From positions 124,001 to 188,000 of the forward strand of contig PDIP01000026.1 in assembly GCA_002811645.1 (NCBI GenBank): a DNA stretch of 64,000 nucleotides, written 5' to 3'. The number at the start of each line of letters is the position of its first letter. Position 1 is the first letter of the stretch. The position numbers and the translations under genes were made by a program. Source of the DNA: Corallochytrium limacisporum Hawaii (taxonomy: Eukaryota; Protista; Pluriformea). Positions 49,748-62,050 of the stretch are shown piece by piece. The notes below the pieces were generated by a model. It had not been told where the DNA came from. It saw only the letters and a list, made by a program, of their open reading frames with translations, and ran no database searches.

Positions 49748-52700
49748 TGTGATTTGTTTTGCTTCGTGTGGGTAGGGACCCGGAACGATGGTATACTTCC
49801 GAACTTCTGTAGTCAAATGGATCACTTCACAAACTAGTCTTAAATACCTACTACATCCAAGAAAGCCGGTTTCTCAGCTGACTCCCACTCATCTGCATGC
49901 CATGGGATACATGTGGGAACTGTTTTGCACACACAGATAAGCCCCAAAAGTGCGCAGACTGATGCACTGGTACGAAATTCTATAGGCTCCATCACTGTTT
50001 TGTCCGAAAAATCCGTGCTGAAAGTATCAACGAGTATAGCAAGCCCATACAGCGAAGGGTATCCTTGTTGATATGCTATAGTAAATGTGCGAGTCGGGTC
50101 ACAAATCTAGAGCCTTCTCACTTTGTTCGCTGTTGTTCCTCACCACCTCTTTTCGCTGCAGACGAACTTCAAATTTTGGGCTACTCATAGGAAGGGGAAC
50201 TACAATATTCGCACTGTCGGTCTCCATCTGTGAAGGGATCGTCATGTGACGGTCGAATGACTAGCGCAAAACGCTCTTGACTCCGTGTTACACCTACCCA
50301 GGCGACACACATATAACAAATCCCAAAAACCCTGCTGTGTACGCAAGCGACTCCTCAATGGGCACGAAACATGAACAACTGAACACCTAATATATATTTT
50401 GAATTAGTCTCCCGTCCCCCGTTTGCAAACTCACCGTGCCCATTGGTAGTAGCAAAGGAAGGCCCACCACCACGGAGATGTTGGCAATACGCACACTGAA
50501 TGCACAACTGGCATCGACGTTGGTTCCATTGTTTCCATGTCCCTCATGCAACTGTTTGTCTTTTGCAGCAGAGTAACCATGACCAAGATCTCAAGATCCG
50601 CCGGCCCGGCAAGAGTAACCTCGGCCAATGGACAGTTGTCAGACGGGAGTCTATTTTTGACGCTCCACCCCCAACTTCCGAAATATATTGAGGTCGGCTA
50701 TTATCTCGCGCCCAAATTCGTAGGTGCCTTCCCAAGAAATAGCCTTCTCCACCACCACGAACTTTATACCTTCTCCTGTGCAATTGCGAGTACTTATAAC
50801 TCCGGGCGACTGAACGCCGGACTCCTTGCCAAGCTTTTGGTAGTGAATGAACCGTCAAACGTTTACCTTCTTTGGAAGGTTTTCTTCATTCCTCCTTCCG
50901 CAACGTCCTCCTTCGTCTGGTGATACCCCTCCTATACATATCGCCGAATGTACACGAGCATCCGAACTCGCACGACTGCATATCTATTCTATTACGGGTC
51001 GAACCGTCATGTGCCTCCCAGAGAACGCTTTCTGTGACTTCCAAGAATTGTTCCCAATTATCTCCGTTTAATTTCCTTCACTCTTACTTTATTGGGGAAG
51101 GCTGGGGGTTGGCTCCACAGTGCTCCCGTTTAAGCCGAAACTCCAAGGTGGATGCACCATTGGGTATAGATCCACACAACAGTAGGCTCACTCAGAGGTC
51201 TGCCTGAGCGGGTGGCTTTCGCTGCGGTGTAGGCCACAGGGAACCCACGGTGGCGGTGAAGAGGGCAACCGGTACTCAAAGTACCGAATGCCGAAACTTG
51301 GCATCAGCGGAGGTGGTTGCAAAAAAATATTCCCGGTTGTTTTGTTATTAATACTCTTCTTAGAGTAGGGGTGGTGAGATGGGAAATTCGGCCCCTGATA
51401 TGCATCTCCAGCTCCTGCTAACTGTCGCTCCCCCCACTACTAAATATGCAAACCCAAAATCCCCTCCCCTCTCTTCCGTTTTCCGGGGGGAGCAAACATT
51501 GGGTGAATGGCGGGGAGGATGGGATGCGGATCTCTGCGGGGCCATTTTAAAAGATTTTATCAAACTTTTCTTGGCGAACCCGGAAAAAAAAATCCTAAGG
51601 TGGGATAAGGATTCTCTCACCCAACCCCCCCCTCCCGCGGGGCTCCCCACAAAGAGCCGGCACCTGCGGGGAACCGTGTGTGCCGGGGACCGGATGAGCA
51701 ATGCCATCCGCCCTGATCCCAAATCTTTTTTTTTCTTTTTTCTTTTGCTTTCGGTTTCGCCGCACACACTCTTCATGTAGAAGTAGACAGTCATCTACCT
51801 TAGGGGGGCTCTACGACATTCCATTTTTCTTTCTAGTTCGGTCGTTGATGGACGGGCAGGAAGCTGGTTCCACGTCCATACCCCTGTTTCATCACTCACG
51901 TCAGTGGGTATGAATATTTATATGATCAAAATATAGATACCAGTTCACCAACGTGCTCTGCCACTGGCATTTTCAGTTATTTTCGTACGCCGACGGAGTC
52001 AAAAGACTGGCATCTTTGGACGGGACCCGCCCCGGTTTCCTTTTCTCTCTTTCTCTGACGTCCTTTCCCAGTGCTTCCTGACTGCAGCATACACGGCAAA
52101 GCCGCAGGATCCATAGTGCCTGTACTCCCATTTATGGCCCACAAATAAAGAACCGTTCACTGCAAACTCCCCCCCCCCTCCAACCCTCCCCCACGGGGGA
52201 GGAGGAGGTTTTTGGGGGAGGGGTGAGAGGGGGGACCGACGGGGAAAGAAAGGGGAGGGGACGGACTACAGGTACAGGTTGTGGAGGAACATCTCTATTT
52301 TGGTGTGGGGGCGTTCGGAAGGTTAACATTTTTTTTCGGACCTGTGAAGTGGTCCCATTCTGGTTCCGTAACACGGTTTGAAGGAACTCGCCAATGATGT
52401 TTGCTGACGACGTGGGAGTGGACGATTCACTGTTTCAGACTCGGTACTAAATGTATAGCAAACTAATCTGCAGAAGTCGATGAATTCTCCTGGTGAGGGT
52501 CGTCGGTTTCAGGTTGCTGGGGATTTCAATGACTGGCCCCAGCGCTTTTTGCGCCTATTTTACATGTCTTTGCTTCCTTGGGGGCGGAACGCCTTAGCTT
52601 CTGGCCGGGGTGGAGGGTCCCTTTTGATGCGCGGCTTGCAAGGAGGATGCGAGCCGTCCTCTCGTCCTGGTTTGCCACTTCTGTTGTCTGTAGCTTTCAT

Positions 52701-53774
52701 ATAGAAATAATGAAACATTTTGCAGCGCGGATCGGCCAGCGAGGTATCCTCTTGCACTCTCGCTTCCTTGCCCAATAGTCACAACGTCAAGAGTTGCCGA
52801 GTGAGCGATTGGAGGCAGGGCAGGGGGCGTGCAGAGAAGCATGAGATACGGAAGAAACGCGGAAGGAAGGAAAGCGGACAGCCCCGCTCCACGGGACCAT
52901 TGTTAGGGGGCCCGCTAGGTTGTTGATAGCACCGTCCTCTTTTTGCTCCACGTCTGCAAGAAATGACAGGCAATCTCTTACGGAAGGCAGTGGTTCGTGG
53001 ACAAATCTCAGGCAGAACACGTAGTCAGTGACGGACACAGGACGGTGGCATACGCGGGAAAGCAGTGACGAGCAAGCAGGAAGTCGCGGTGGTACTATGA
53101 AAGGTGGTCCCGCGGCCAGATCCCTGCCCTCTCCTCTGGGGGGGGGGAAAGGACGCGATTTTTTTTTCTCTTTGGATGTGTGGCGGACAACTGGCGAACA
53201 TTGGAGGGGAGGGCGCGTGCAACGCAACGCAGTCTGGCTCATGTGCCCCATGAGATCCCTTCTTATTTGTGAGACATCGTCAGAACTCGCCACCATTTTG
53301 CTCATTTTGCCATATGTTCACTACGGGGCTTGCCCCACATGCAAAAGCGATCCGTCGTGGCCGGAACTAATTACATCGCTACAATTCCGAAAAAGGGAAG
53401 AAAGAGAGCGCTACACCAAACAGAAGTGTTACACCTTGGAAGAGCAACAAGGAGGCCAGCTTTTAGGGTTTGCACACGGCCAAAATGTTACCGTGTCCCG
53501 AGCGGTCAAAATAACGGCATGTTTAAAGTCCTCACCAGCACTGTGCGTCCACATCGGTCGCCTCCCTTCCCTGCCCTTGGCTATTTGAAAAGTGAGTAAA
53601 AGGGGGAGTACGACTGTGACATGCGTGTTTCGAAGGAACTTGAGGGAGGCACCACCACCCCTGCCTTCACACATACACACACACACATTTTCCGTCTCTT
53701 CTTGCCGTTTCGTCCGCATACCGGATAGTGAGTAGAGAGAGAAAAGGGAGGGGTACTGAGAGCGAGGGTGGGGG

Positions 53775-53995
53775 NNNNNNNNNNNNNNNNNNNNNNNNNN
53801 NNNNNNNNNNNNNNNNNNNNNNNNNNNNNNNNNNNNNNNNNNNNNNNNNNNNNNNNNNNNNNNNNNNNNNNNNNNNNNNNNNNNNNNNNNNNNNNNNNNN
53901 NNNNNNNNNNNNNNNNNNNNNNNNNNNNNNNNNNNNNNNNNNNNNNNNNNNNNNNNNNNNNNNNNNNNNNNNNNNNNNNNNNNNNNNNNNNNNNN
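53775..53995. other. Assembly gap (221 N) flanked by G runs
   Basis: N run preceded and followed by GGGGG. Confidence 0.99.
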
Positions 53996-54518
53996 GGGGG
54001 AAAGCGGCCTGTGCGAGTTGTGTGAACGCAACCTCTCGCACGGCAGCTTGCTTAAGTCCCGTGCGTGTGTGCGGGCTTGCAGAGAACTCAATTCTAGCCC
54101 CGCTACTGTCCATTGTATCACCATATAGGAGGGGGGGTCTTTGAGTTGGTGGGTGTGGGGGTGGTATCTGCCGCTGCTGGACGACGGGGAGGGACGGGAG
54201 GGGGGGTATGACCTGGAGGTTCTGGCCAAGGAGCGGCAATGAGTGTTTCGTCTCGAACTTGTGACATGAAGCATAGGCCTCTGAGTATGCGTGTGTGGTT
54301 CGTGCGGCTGTGGACGATGGGGTTCGACATTGAGGGCGCTTCAAAAAGACTTACTTCGAGTCGTTTTGACCAATGTGAAAGGAGCGACAGGTATTCAGGA
54401 CCATGAGGCATCTCTTTTGTGTTAGCGTACGAGGGATCCTATCTACAACAAACGGGAACAATTTAGCTCATTTGTGTACTGCTGGTCGGAACACAAATTA
54501 CACACTATCAATTCCATC

Positions 54519-56123
54519 ATGGGGTGGTTTTGGTCAAAAGAAACGAAACCTGAAATAGTCAGCGAGTGGGCTGAGAAAGGCTTTAAGATCCATGGCACAG
54601 AAGGCGCACGGGAAATTGATAAACAGACGAAGCATGTCTACTCGCGCCGCAGGAAGCTTCTGATCACGGGTGCCATTGTCGCCAGTGTTGCTCTTGTGGT
54701 GACTATTCTCTTGGTTGTATGGCTGGTAGTGGCCCCACAGCTTACGACCCAGAGCCTGAACAGTGCAGTTTTTGATTTTAGTAGCATGCAGATCGGCTTC
54801 AATAGTACAACAGGGCAACCACTTATCTCCGCAACAATGGTTACCACTGGCTGGAAAGGTTCATTCACGGCAGAGGGGGTCAAGATCAAGGTGGCGACTG
54901 GCAATAGGGGAATGACCGACAATCTTGATGACGGGCAGGTGTACTTCACGCTACCCACATTTGACGTTGGTGGCGACGACAGTATTGCCGAACAAACGCC
55001 GTATGTGACAAACTTGACAAATTTAGAGCTCAACGAACTGACTGACGGTGGTCATGCTGACATTCTCAACTATTGTGTGCGCATGCTGTCCACCCTGGGA
55101 GATCAACCCTTTATTGGCCTTCCGCTGACTCTACGAGCTGAGGTGGATGTCAAGCGCACTACTCTGGGTATCACAAGGACGCACCACCTTAGCAGGAATT
55201 GGTATTTCAGCCTGATACCTGTGCCAATCTCGGACATGCATATGAACAATGTCACTTCGGGAGGGGAGAATGACGAACTGATGGGCGATTTCAACTTTGA
55301 GGCGTACCCGGGAGGGTTTGTCATCGAAACACCTCCAAACATGACCATCTACAACTCAGACAAGACTTACATTACCGTTCAAGATTCCTTCACATTCGGG
55401 GGTCCGAACAGTGCCAACGTGGTTCAACAGGGAACGTCCTTGGGCATAATTGATGGCGTCACTGGAACTGAAGCCGGAGATATCATCGACGCTATCCTCA
55501 CAGCACGAGACTCTGTGACCAAGGATTCAAGTCCAGTCTCCTACGACACCATTGCCTCTGACAGCTATCAGTACCAGATTGACTACCGCAATGTCTTTTA
55601 TGTGGCGAACGAACCTGATACCTCTGGCCTGTTTCCAAAGGATATCGGAGTACCAGTTGATATGGATCTCAACACCCAGTTAGTGTACGTCGTAACCGTG
55701 GCTCAAAACAACGACACTATCACCTACGACCTCCCAGATGCATACCTGACTCCGAGCTCACAGAGCACCTCTTCGATCATCTACTCGGATGGAACTCAGC
55801 GAACGGTGTGCACCGGTGAAGATCTGCGCATTCCTCTCGACCCCTCGAGTGAGCTGCAGACTGTCAGCTCTGGAAACAGCACTTCGATGGTGACTGTCGA
55901 CACTGAAACCACGGACACGACGGATTGTCCCTCTGTCCTGTACTACGCCTCACTCTGTAGCGGTATCCCTATGGATCTTGTCATCGCCAGAGGATCGATT
56001 CTCCTTGGCACCTCTTCGTACCCAATTGCTGATCAAGTTCTCCCATTCAATCTGGACATCGCAGCTACCGTCAAAACGGAGGTTGACAATACCTACGGAT
56101 GTGGAAATTTCACCATTTCTTAG
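54519..56123 (+). CDS. Type II single-pass membrane protein with a large Thr/Asp-rich beta ectodomain (LEA-2/DUF3712-like architecture, tentative)
   Basis: ATG at 54519 (MGWFWS). Basic RRRK precedes one TM segment LLITGAIVASVALVVTILLVVWLVVAP, followed by QLTTQSLNSAVFDFSSMQI. Several N-x-S/T sequons. Confidence 0.75.
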   Translation: MGWFWSKETKPEIVSEWAEKGFKIHGTEGAREIDKQTKHVYSRRRKLLITGAIVASVALVVTILLVVWLVVAPQLTTQSLNSAVFDFSSMQIGFNSTTGQPLISATMVTTGWKGSFTAEGVKIKVATGNRGMTDNLDDGQVYFTLPTFDVGGDDSIAEQTPYVTNLTNLELNELTDGGHADILNYCVRMLSTLGDQPFIGLPLTLRAEVDVKRTTLGITRTHHLSRNWYFSLIPVPISDMHMNNVTSGGENDELMGDFNFEAYPGGFVIETPPNMTIYNSDKTYITVQDSFTFGGPNSANVVQQGTSLGIIDGVTGTEAGDIIDAILTARDSVTKDSSPVSYDTIASDSYQYQIDYRNVFYVANEPDTSGLFPKDIGVPVDMDLNTQLVYVVTVAQNNDTITYDLPDAYLTPSSQSTSSIIYSDGTQRTVCTGEDLRIPLDPSSELQTVSSGNSTSMVTVDTETTDTTDCPSVLYYASLCSGIPMDLVIARGSILLGTSSYPIADQVLPFNLDIAATVKTEVDNTYGCGNFTIS

Positions 56124-56499
56124 TCTTTCTGCCAAAGTCATTTGGTTACCTTTTCAACATCAGCAACATCTTGCATTGCATTTCTTGCATCGCATGCACT
56201 CATTTAGTTCATAGCAATATTCAAACATCATGTACATCATATTCATAGTTCATCCATTAAAGCATCATCATACAGCTCTTTAAGGCGCATAGAGTGGTCA
56301 CTGTTCCTCAGGTTCTCCTGATTTTCACAGTGCATTGACAAGTAAGGGAGAAGGTCGCTAGGATTCTCCCGCTCCACAATCATATTCATCAAAGCATAAG
56401 TAAATGGTTCTTGGCATTGCGAATTCTATTCTAATTTCCAGCAGCAGTATATCGTCCACGGTTACTGACGGACACCGTTTCCTCCCGTCCTCAAGCTCA

Positions 56500-57282
56500 C
56501 TATTGCCTCTCATTTTGGAAAAACGCCGCAGTGCTGAATCCACCATCAATGGCAACGGTCTGGCCGGTTATGTAGCCAGCTTGGTCCATGGCCAAAAAGG
56601 CCACCAGGCCGCTGACTTCTTCGGGGTCTGCCACACGATTGGCAGGAGTCACGTCAAGGACCATCTGCAGGTAGTCACCCTTCAGGACACCCTCGGTGAG
56701 AGCTGTGCGGATGTACCATGGAGCGATGCAGTTGACCCGGATGTTTTTCGGTGCAAACTCATGGCCCCAATTGCGGGTGGCCTGGGTCATAGCGGCCTTG
56801 GTCATTGCGTATGGGACGCCAGAGGCGACACCAATGATGCCTGCCACACTGCCAATGTTGATGATGGAAGCGCCTTCACTCATGGCGGGCACCAGGCGAC
56901 GGGTCAAATGGAAGAAACTAAACAGATTGGTATTGAAGATAGCCATTACCTCGCTGTCCTCGTAGTCCAGGGTGGGCTTACGATTGTTAGTTCCCACGTT
57001 GTTAACGAGGATGTGAAGGGGACCAGCCGCCGTGACGGTGTCCACGAGCAACTGACGGCCCTCCGCGGTGGACAGATCTGCAGGCAGTGGGATCACCTCG
57101 GTGACATCGTTGGTGAACTCCTTAGCCACGCGCTCACAGTCTTCCTTATTGCGGGCATTAACGAAGATCTTGGCACACTGCAGCTGCACAAAATCATCGA
57201 CAACAGCTTTTCCGATACCCTTGGAGCCACCAGTCACGACGGCGGTCTTACCCCTAAGACTCCAGCGATCGTTCACAGGCAT
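56500..57282 (-). CDS. Short-chain dehydrogenase/reductase, tropinone-reductase-like
   Basis: 260 aa. RWSLRGKTAVVTGGSKGIG, LVNNVGTN, catalytic YAMTK, APWYIRT and YITGQTVAIDGG. Confidence 0.93.
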   Translation of the reverse strand: MPVNDRWSLRGKTAVVTGGSKGIGKAVVDDFVQLQCAKIFVNARNKEDCERVAKEFTNDVTEVIPLPADLSTAEGRQLLVDTVTAAGPLHILVNNVGTNNRKPTLDYEDSEVMAIFNTNLFSFFHLTRRLVPAMSEGASIINIGSVAGIIGVASGVPYAMTKAAMTQATRNWGHEFAPKNIRVNCIAPWYIRTALTEGVLKGDYLQMVLDVTPANRVADPEEVSGLVAFLAMDQAGYITGQTVAIDGGFSTAAFFQNERQ

Positions 57283-58667
57283 AGTTATTTCGAGTATTGT
57301 CCCCTGACTAACCTTTTCCAGTTCGTTATCAGACTACAGAAAGGGCTCTATCCCAGTGCGTGTTTGTAGCGGCAGCCACAAAACCTGAATACCAGTGCTG
57401 CTGCAGCTATGAACCCTCAAATGACTCCCGTACGCGTCACACAACTTCCGCCCCGAAGGCCCCCATCCGTCCCCCTCTCCCCGGGACCCCCCGCGGCCAC
57501 CAGAACAGAGCGGATTGGTAGTTGCTCAACGAATCTTCCTCGACTGCCCAGAGGTGAAGAGCGGCGAAGATTGAGGCAGGGCACCGAAACTCAAAGTTGG
57601 GAGAGACGCACGCGGAGGATGTCAACACAAAATTACGTCGAGTAGGGTGTCTGTTTTTGAAACCATACACACGTCACAACTACGCTTTGTTTTGATTGCT
57701 GCAGTTCCTTACGACCGCAAGGTTTCGATTTCCGCCAACAAAGACCCTCAGTGGGTCAGCTCTGGTACGCAAGCGAGTGACTGGAGTACGTTGCCCCAGA
57801 CCCTAACAATTGAACCGCACAGGACCACGTTTGCGCTCTCGCTGTTGTCCATCACACGAGCGACTGCTTCCACTATTTTACTTCTACGCAGATCAATTTC
57901 ACAATACACCGGCAAGGACCAAGGCGCAAGACAAAGCGAAGCCCCAGAACCCAAGGGACGAGGGTGGCATACTAGAGTTCACGTTGAGAAGGATTCGGGC
58001 GCGTTGAGGGCCAGCGGACAATCCACTTCGTCGTCACCGGAGAGGACGCGTATGAATGGGAACCTTATCCGCTGGGAGCCGTTTCTGTAAATACATTCCA
58101 GGTGGCCCTTTTCCCCGTTGCGGGAGCCTGGACAGTCCAGTCCCGAGGGGCAAAATTTTCATCACCCTTGCGTCCCATTTCGGCGGACCTCTCTCCAGCG
58201 CAAAAAGATTAGTCCCTTGCGACAGAGTTAGCACGAAGGAGGTCTGTCTCGCTTTTCTGCGCGCCCGGCCCCCCCCCCTCCCTTCCCCTTCTCTCCCTTT
58301 TAATTTTCCCCGGGGCCTCCCTCCGGGGGTGGCGGGGAGGGGGGCCGTTTCCCTAAGTCGCACTTCCCTCGTGCACCCGATTTGGTTTCGCGGACCAAGC
58401 CGAACCGAAGTTGGGGGGGGGGCTCTCATGCGGGGCATAAATGGCTTCGATTCGCGTGCGCCCTGTGTCTCCCACTGGTTTTCTGCTGCTATTGCCGTAA
58501 GGCCGAACATCTGCTACCATCGCAAAGCATCTGGACGCACTTGGTTACGTTAGCTCGATCATCATGGTATCAGTTTTATCAGAAAACATACTGCCGAGTG
58601 ATGACGAATCGAACAACTTACTGTGCATTACATTGGTATCTCATAGTTTCTTTATACATTTGATTGG

Positions 58668-60665
58668 TCACCTACTGGTTTCGACAGTGTGCGGGTTTGT
58701 GGGAGTGTCCAGGCATGGTGGCAGGCCAGCCAGCTCACCCAGACCACCAGACCGAGTTCGGTCATTTAGCACGCCAGTTTCATTGATCTTCTGCTCAAAG
58801 GCAGCGGCGAGACAGATGGGGAAAACCTGTTTGGGGCTGGAGATATCAACCTGTGTACCGACATTGACAAAATCGGCCCGGACCAAGTCCTTGGTCAAGG
58901 TGAGTACAAAGTAGCCCTTGATGGAGGTGTTTACGAACCGAACGTGGGGATTTATGGCGTAGAGGTCTTCCCCTCTTCCGCTGGTGAAGCCAGCAGATGT
59001 GACAGAGGTAGCCACGTACTCCACAGCAAGCCGCTCGGAATTTGGGTACGCCAAAGAGTCGGCAACGATTTCGTTAGCCCAGAAAGAATGAATATCGCCT
59101 GTCAGAATGACGGTATTGGACACCCCACTCTCGTAAGTCCGGCCAAAGGCATCGGATACGGATTGGTTAGGGGACAGGAGAGAGTACATGCGCCCGCGGG
59201 ACATGTCGTAGCCCTCCCAGGCGTCTGGGTTGAAGTGATGTCCCGTGGGGGTGATAAAGAGGTCAGCAAAGACAACTTGTTGACCGAGCACTTTCCACGG
59301 GATTCCTTCAGCTTCAGCTTTGGTCAGTTTGTCAAAAACGAACGCCTCTTGCTCGTCCGAGATGAGCTGATGGCCTTCCAGACCCTTTGACTCATCGGCA
59401 GAGGCCAGCTGCTGAGTGCGACCACTTATGCGAGTGTCCATCATGATTAGATCGGCAAGGTCGCCAAACCGGAACTGACGCCAGAGCTTGGGATACCGCC
59501 AGGCACGTGCGCGCTCATCAACGCCATCAGTGGCAGGCTCGCCGAGGAGCGTGTCTCGTACGGGCATGTATTCGAAATAGGCACGGATGGCGACCCCTTT
59601 GCGATCCTCCCAGGTGCATCCGTCGAGCTCACACTCACCCTCACTGTGGTTTTCAGCACCACCAAGAGGCCCTTTGTTGTCAGGATCCCAAGAGTCGTTG
59701 CTGGTCTCGTGGTCGTCCCAAACCGTAATGAAGGGGAACGCAGCGTGTAGGTCCTGAAGATCCTGGTCCTTCTTGTAGTTCTTGTGGCGCATGCGGTAGT
59801 CAGACAGACTTGTGAGCTCGTGGTCGGGCTCGTGTCGGCGACCATAGACTCCAGCTACAATCGGGTCAGCACGGTCATTGCCGTACTCATACAGATAATC
59901 ACCCAGATGCAAAACAACATCAATGTCACTTAGAGTGGCGGCGTGGCGATATGCGTGGAAGAAACCGACGGAGAGCCAGGAGCACGAGAAGACGGCCATG
60001 CGCACATGCTCGGTCTCTCCGACCGGCAGAGTCTTGGTTGTGCCTTCCCTGGAAGTTACTTGGCCATCACCACCTTCGGTGACGGTGAAATAGTATTTAT
60101 ACTTCTGGTTGGGGGCCAAGCCGACGGCGACGGTTTTGACTGTGAAATCGCGGGCAGCAGTGGTGACAAACGTGCCGTCGGTGACAAAGCCGCCGTCCAT
60201 GTCACGGACTGTGTAGCTTACATCGATAGACAGTTTTGAGTCACAGGTGCCATCGATCTCGCAGGACGGTGTCACACGGGTCCACAGTACTACGCTATCC
60301 GAGTCCGCATCACCGGAAGCTACACCATGGTTGAAGGCATAGGTACCCTGTTGAACGCGATTGCCAGACTCAGACTGCTTGCCCTCGGCGGATGTACCGG
60401 AATCTGCGTCAGTTGTGGAAATGCTGGCTGTAGTGGTGGCTTCAGGACTGACAGTGTCTTGCCGTCCATCTGCGGTAGGACCCACTGTTGTATTCGAATC
60501 GGAGGTCTGGGACACCACCACAGCGACAACTGCACCGGCGAGAGCCAGACCAGCCAGACCCAACAGTGCCTTTTTCCAGACCTTGGATCCTCTCTGAGGG
60601 GGCCCGGGAACCTCCTCATCTTCCAAGAACCCGTCATCGGACGTCAGTGGGTAAAGATCACTCAT
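58668..60665 (-). CDS. phoD: PhoD-family alkaline phosphatase with N-terminal signal anchor
   Basis: Likely ATG at 60665 (MSDLYP). FNHGVASGD...VVLWTR, FSCS, LHLGDYLYEY, WDDHE, MDTR, DAWEGY and LTGDIH. Confidence 0.93.
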   Translation of the reverse strand: MSDLYPLTSDDGFLEDEEVPGPPQRGSKVWKKALLGLAGLALAGAVVAVVVSQTSDSNTTVGPTADGRQDTVSPEATTTASISTTDADSGTSAEGKQSESGNRVQQGTYAFNHGVASGDADSDSVVLWTRVTPSCEIDGTCDSKLSIDVSYTVRDMDGGFVTDGTFVTTAARDFTVKTVAVGLAPNQKYKYYFTVTEGGDGQVTSREGTTKTLPVGETEHVRMAVFSCSWLSVGFFHAYRHAATLSDIDVVLHLGDYLYEYGNDRADPIVAGVYGRRHEPDHELTSLSDYRMRHKNYKKDQDLQDLHAAFPFITVWDDHETSNDSWDPDNKGPLGGAENHSEGECELDGCTWEDRKGVAIRAYFEYMPVRDTLLGEPATDGVDERARAWRYPKLWRQFRFGDLADLIMMDTRISGRTQQLASADESKGLEGHQLISDEQEAFVFDKLTKAEAEGIPWKVLGQQVVFADLFITPTGHHFNPDAWEGYDMSRGRMYSLLSPNQSVSDAFGRTYESGVSNTVILTGDIHSFWANEIVADSLAYPNSERLAVEYVATSVTSAGFTSGRGEDLYAINPHVRFVNTSIKGYFVLTLTKDLVRADFVNVGTQVDISSPKQVFPICLAAAFEQKINETGVLNDRTRSGGLGELAGLPPCLDTPTNPHTVETSR

Positions 60666-62050
60666 GACTAATTCTGTTTCTTTAAGTGCGAGTTGTGGAC
60701 TTATCATCGAAGGACTGAACAAACCCAGTCCCTGTCGATTGTTGCCACTGTCCCAAGTACTAGGACAGATCTCCCACGAGTCATACAACCATGCACAGTG
60801 CACTCTGATCAACAGGGCAGGGTATATCACTTCCTCTACCATCCGTCGAGAGCGTGTTTCAGTATCTATCGACTCCCTTGCTGCTATGTGCGATCAAATT
60901 TCATTTTTCATGCGAGGTGTATGAGAATCCCGCTGGAGGTTTACTTGCTACGGGCCTAGAAGAGTGAGACGAGAGCGGCTTTAAAGCCACTGTGCGGGGA
61001 AGTGAGACGTCAGATGGCTTTCAACGAGAGTTTTGCTGGAGAGTTAGCTCGCCCCAAGGCTATAAATATAAAAATGCCCCGAGAGCTCCTAGGATCCCAG
61101 TGTACAAAACCGCCCTCTGCGAATTTCTTTCGAATCAACGCGGTCGGTGTCCCTCCTCCCCCTCCATCTCGACGGGGCGCAAAGCACGCAGTGTGTGCCA
61201 GTGATGGCTGTGTTGTGGTTTCCACTCCCGGATCTCCGCCATAGCTGACAATCCGCTGCGAGGCGTATCATCATATGCGCGGCTGTCCTATCTCTTGTGG
61301 ACATGATGTTTTTCTTGTTGCTGCGGAAAGGCGACGGCCTTGCCACACTATGCTATCAACGCGGCAGCTGGCGTATTGTATGGTTTAAGCATGGCGAATT
61401 CTTTGATGCTGTTGTATAGTCTGTCGCACACTGTGCAGAAAGAGCGTAGTTAGTCCTGGTTGTTGCTCAACTGAAAACGAGGAATTGCCCTCCTTCCTCA
61501 GAAAGTTTCCAGTGCACCAGTTGTGTAGATTCGGTACTGAATGTATTCTCCATTGCTGTGCCCCCACGACATGGGCTTTTGCCATGACAATGATATGGCA
61601 GACGTACGGGTCAAGGGAGGGCCTCAACAGGGAAGGGGGAAGGAACAGAATCAAACCCGCCCCCTCCTCCCCCTCCCCGAAATTTCTTTTGCCAGAGCGC
61701 CGTTCACCTCAAAGTATCTCCAGTGTCTCTCCCACACACTCACCATTGAAGTGAGACAGTGCCCCACTTCTCCCCCCGGGGGTTGGGGGGAAAGAACCGA
61801 CTGCGTGTCTTTCTCTGTAAGGAGTGGCCTGTCCTGGAGAGATTTACTGGGAATACCTAAGCTATGCGTACCTCTTCCGTACTTTAATGAACCGGCGTCC
61901 TATATAAGGGCCCTCCGCCGAAGGCCACGGGGTCGGTCAGGTTCTGGATGTTCACTTGGGGATGCGTGCGGGGAAGGGCGATGACGATGGGCTACAAGGG
62001 TTACATGAATTCAATTATATCTATGCTTTAATATTTACAGTGTTTGAATT

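Noticed and set aside
50991-51010. GGTTCGACCC on the minus strand resembling a tRNA T-loop
   Set aside because: The T-stem register is wrong and there is no acceptor or anticodon arm.
50431-51071. Overlapping short ORFs, possibly a degenerate gene on the minus strand
   Set aside because: They are broken by stops and frameshifts and I recognised no family.
51379-51400. GGGAAATTCGG resembling RNase P conserved region I
   Set aside because: I found no complementary CR-V/P4 strand downstream.
53429-54344. ORFs spanning the N gap
   Set aside because: They are artefacts of translating through Ns and low-complexity flanks.
56404-57369. 321-aa ORF antisense to the SDR
   Set aside because: It mirrors the SDR codons. 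Long antisense frames are common opposite SDR genes with biased codons, and it has no recognisable motifs.
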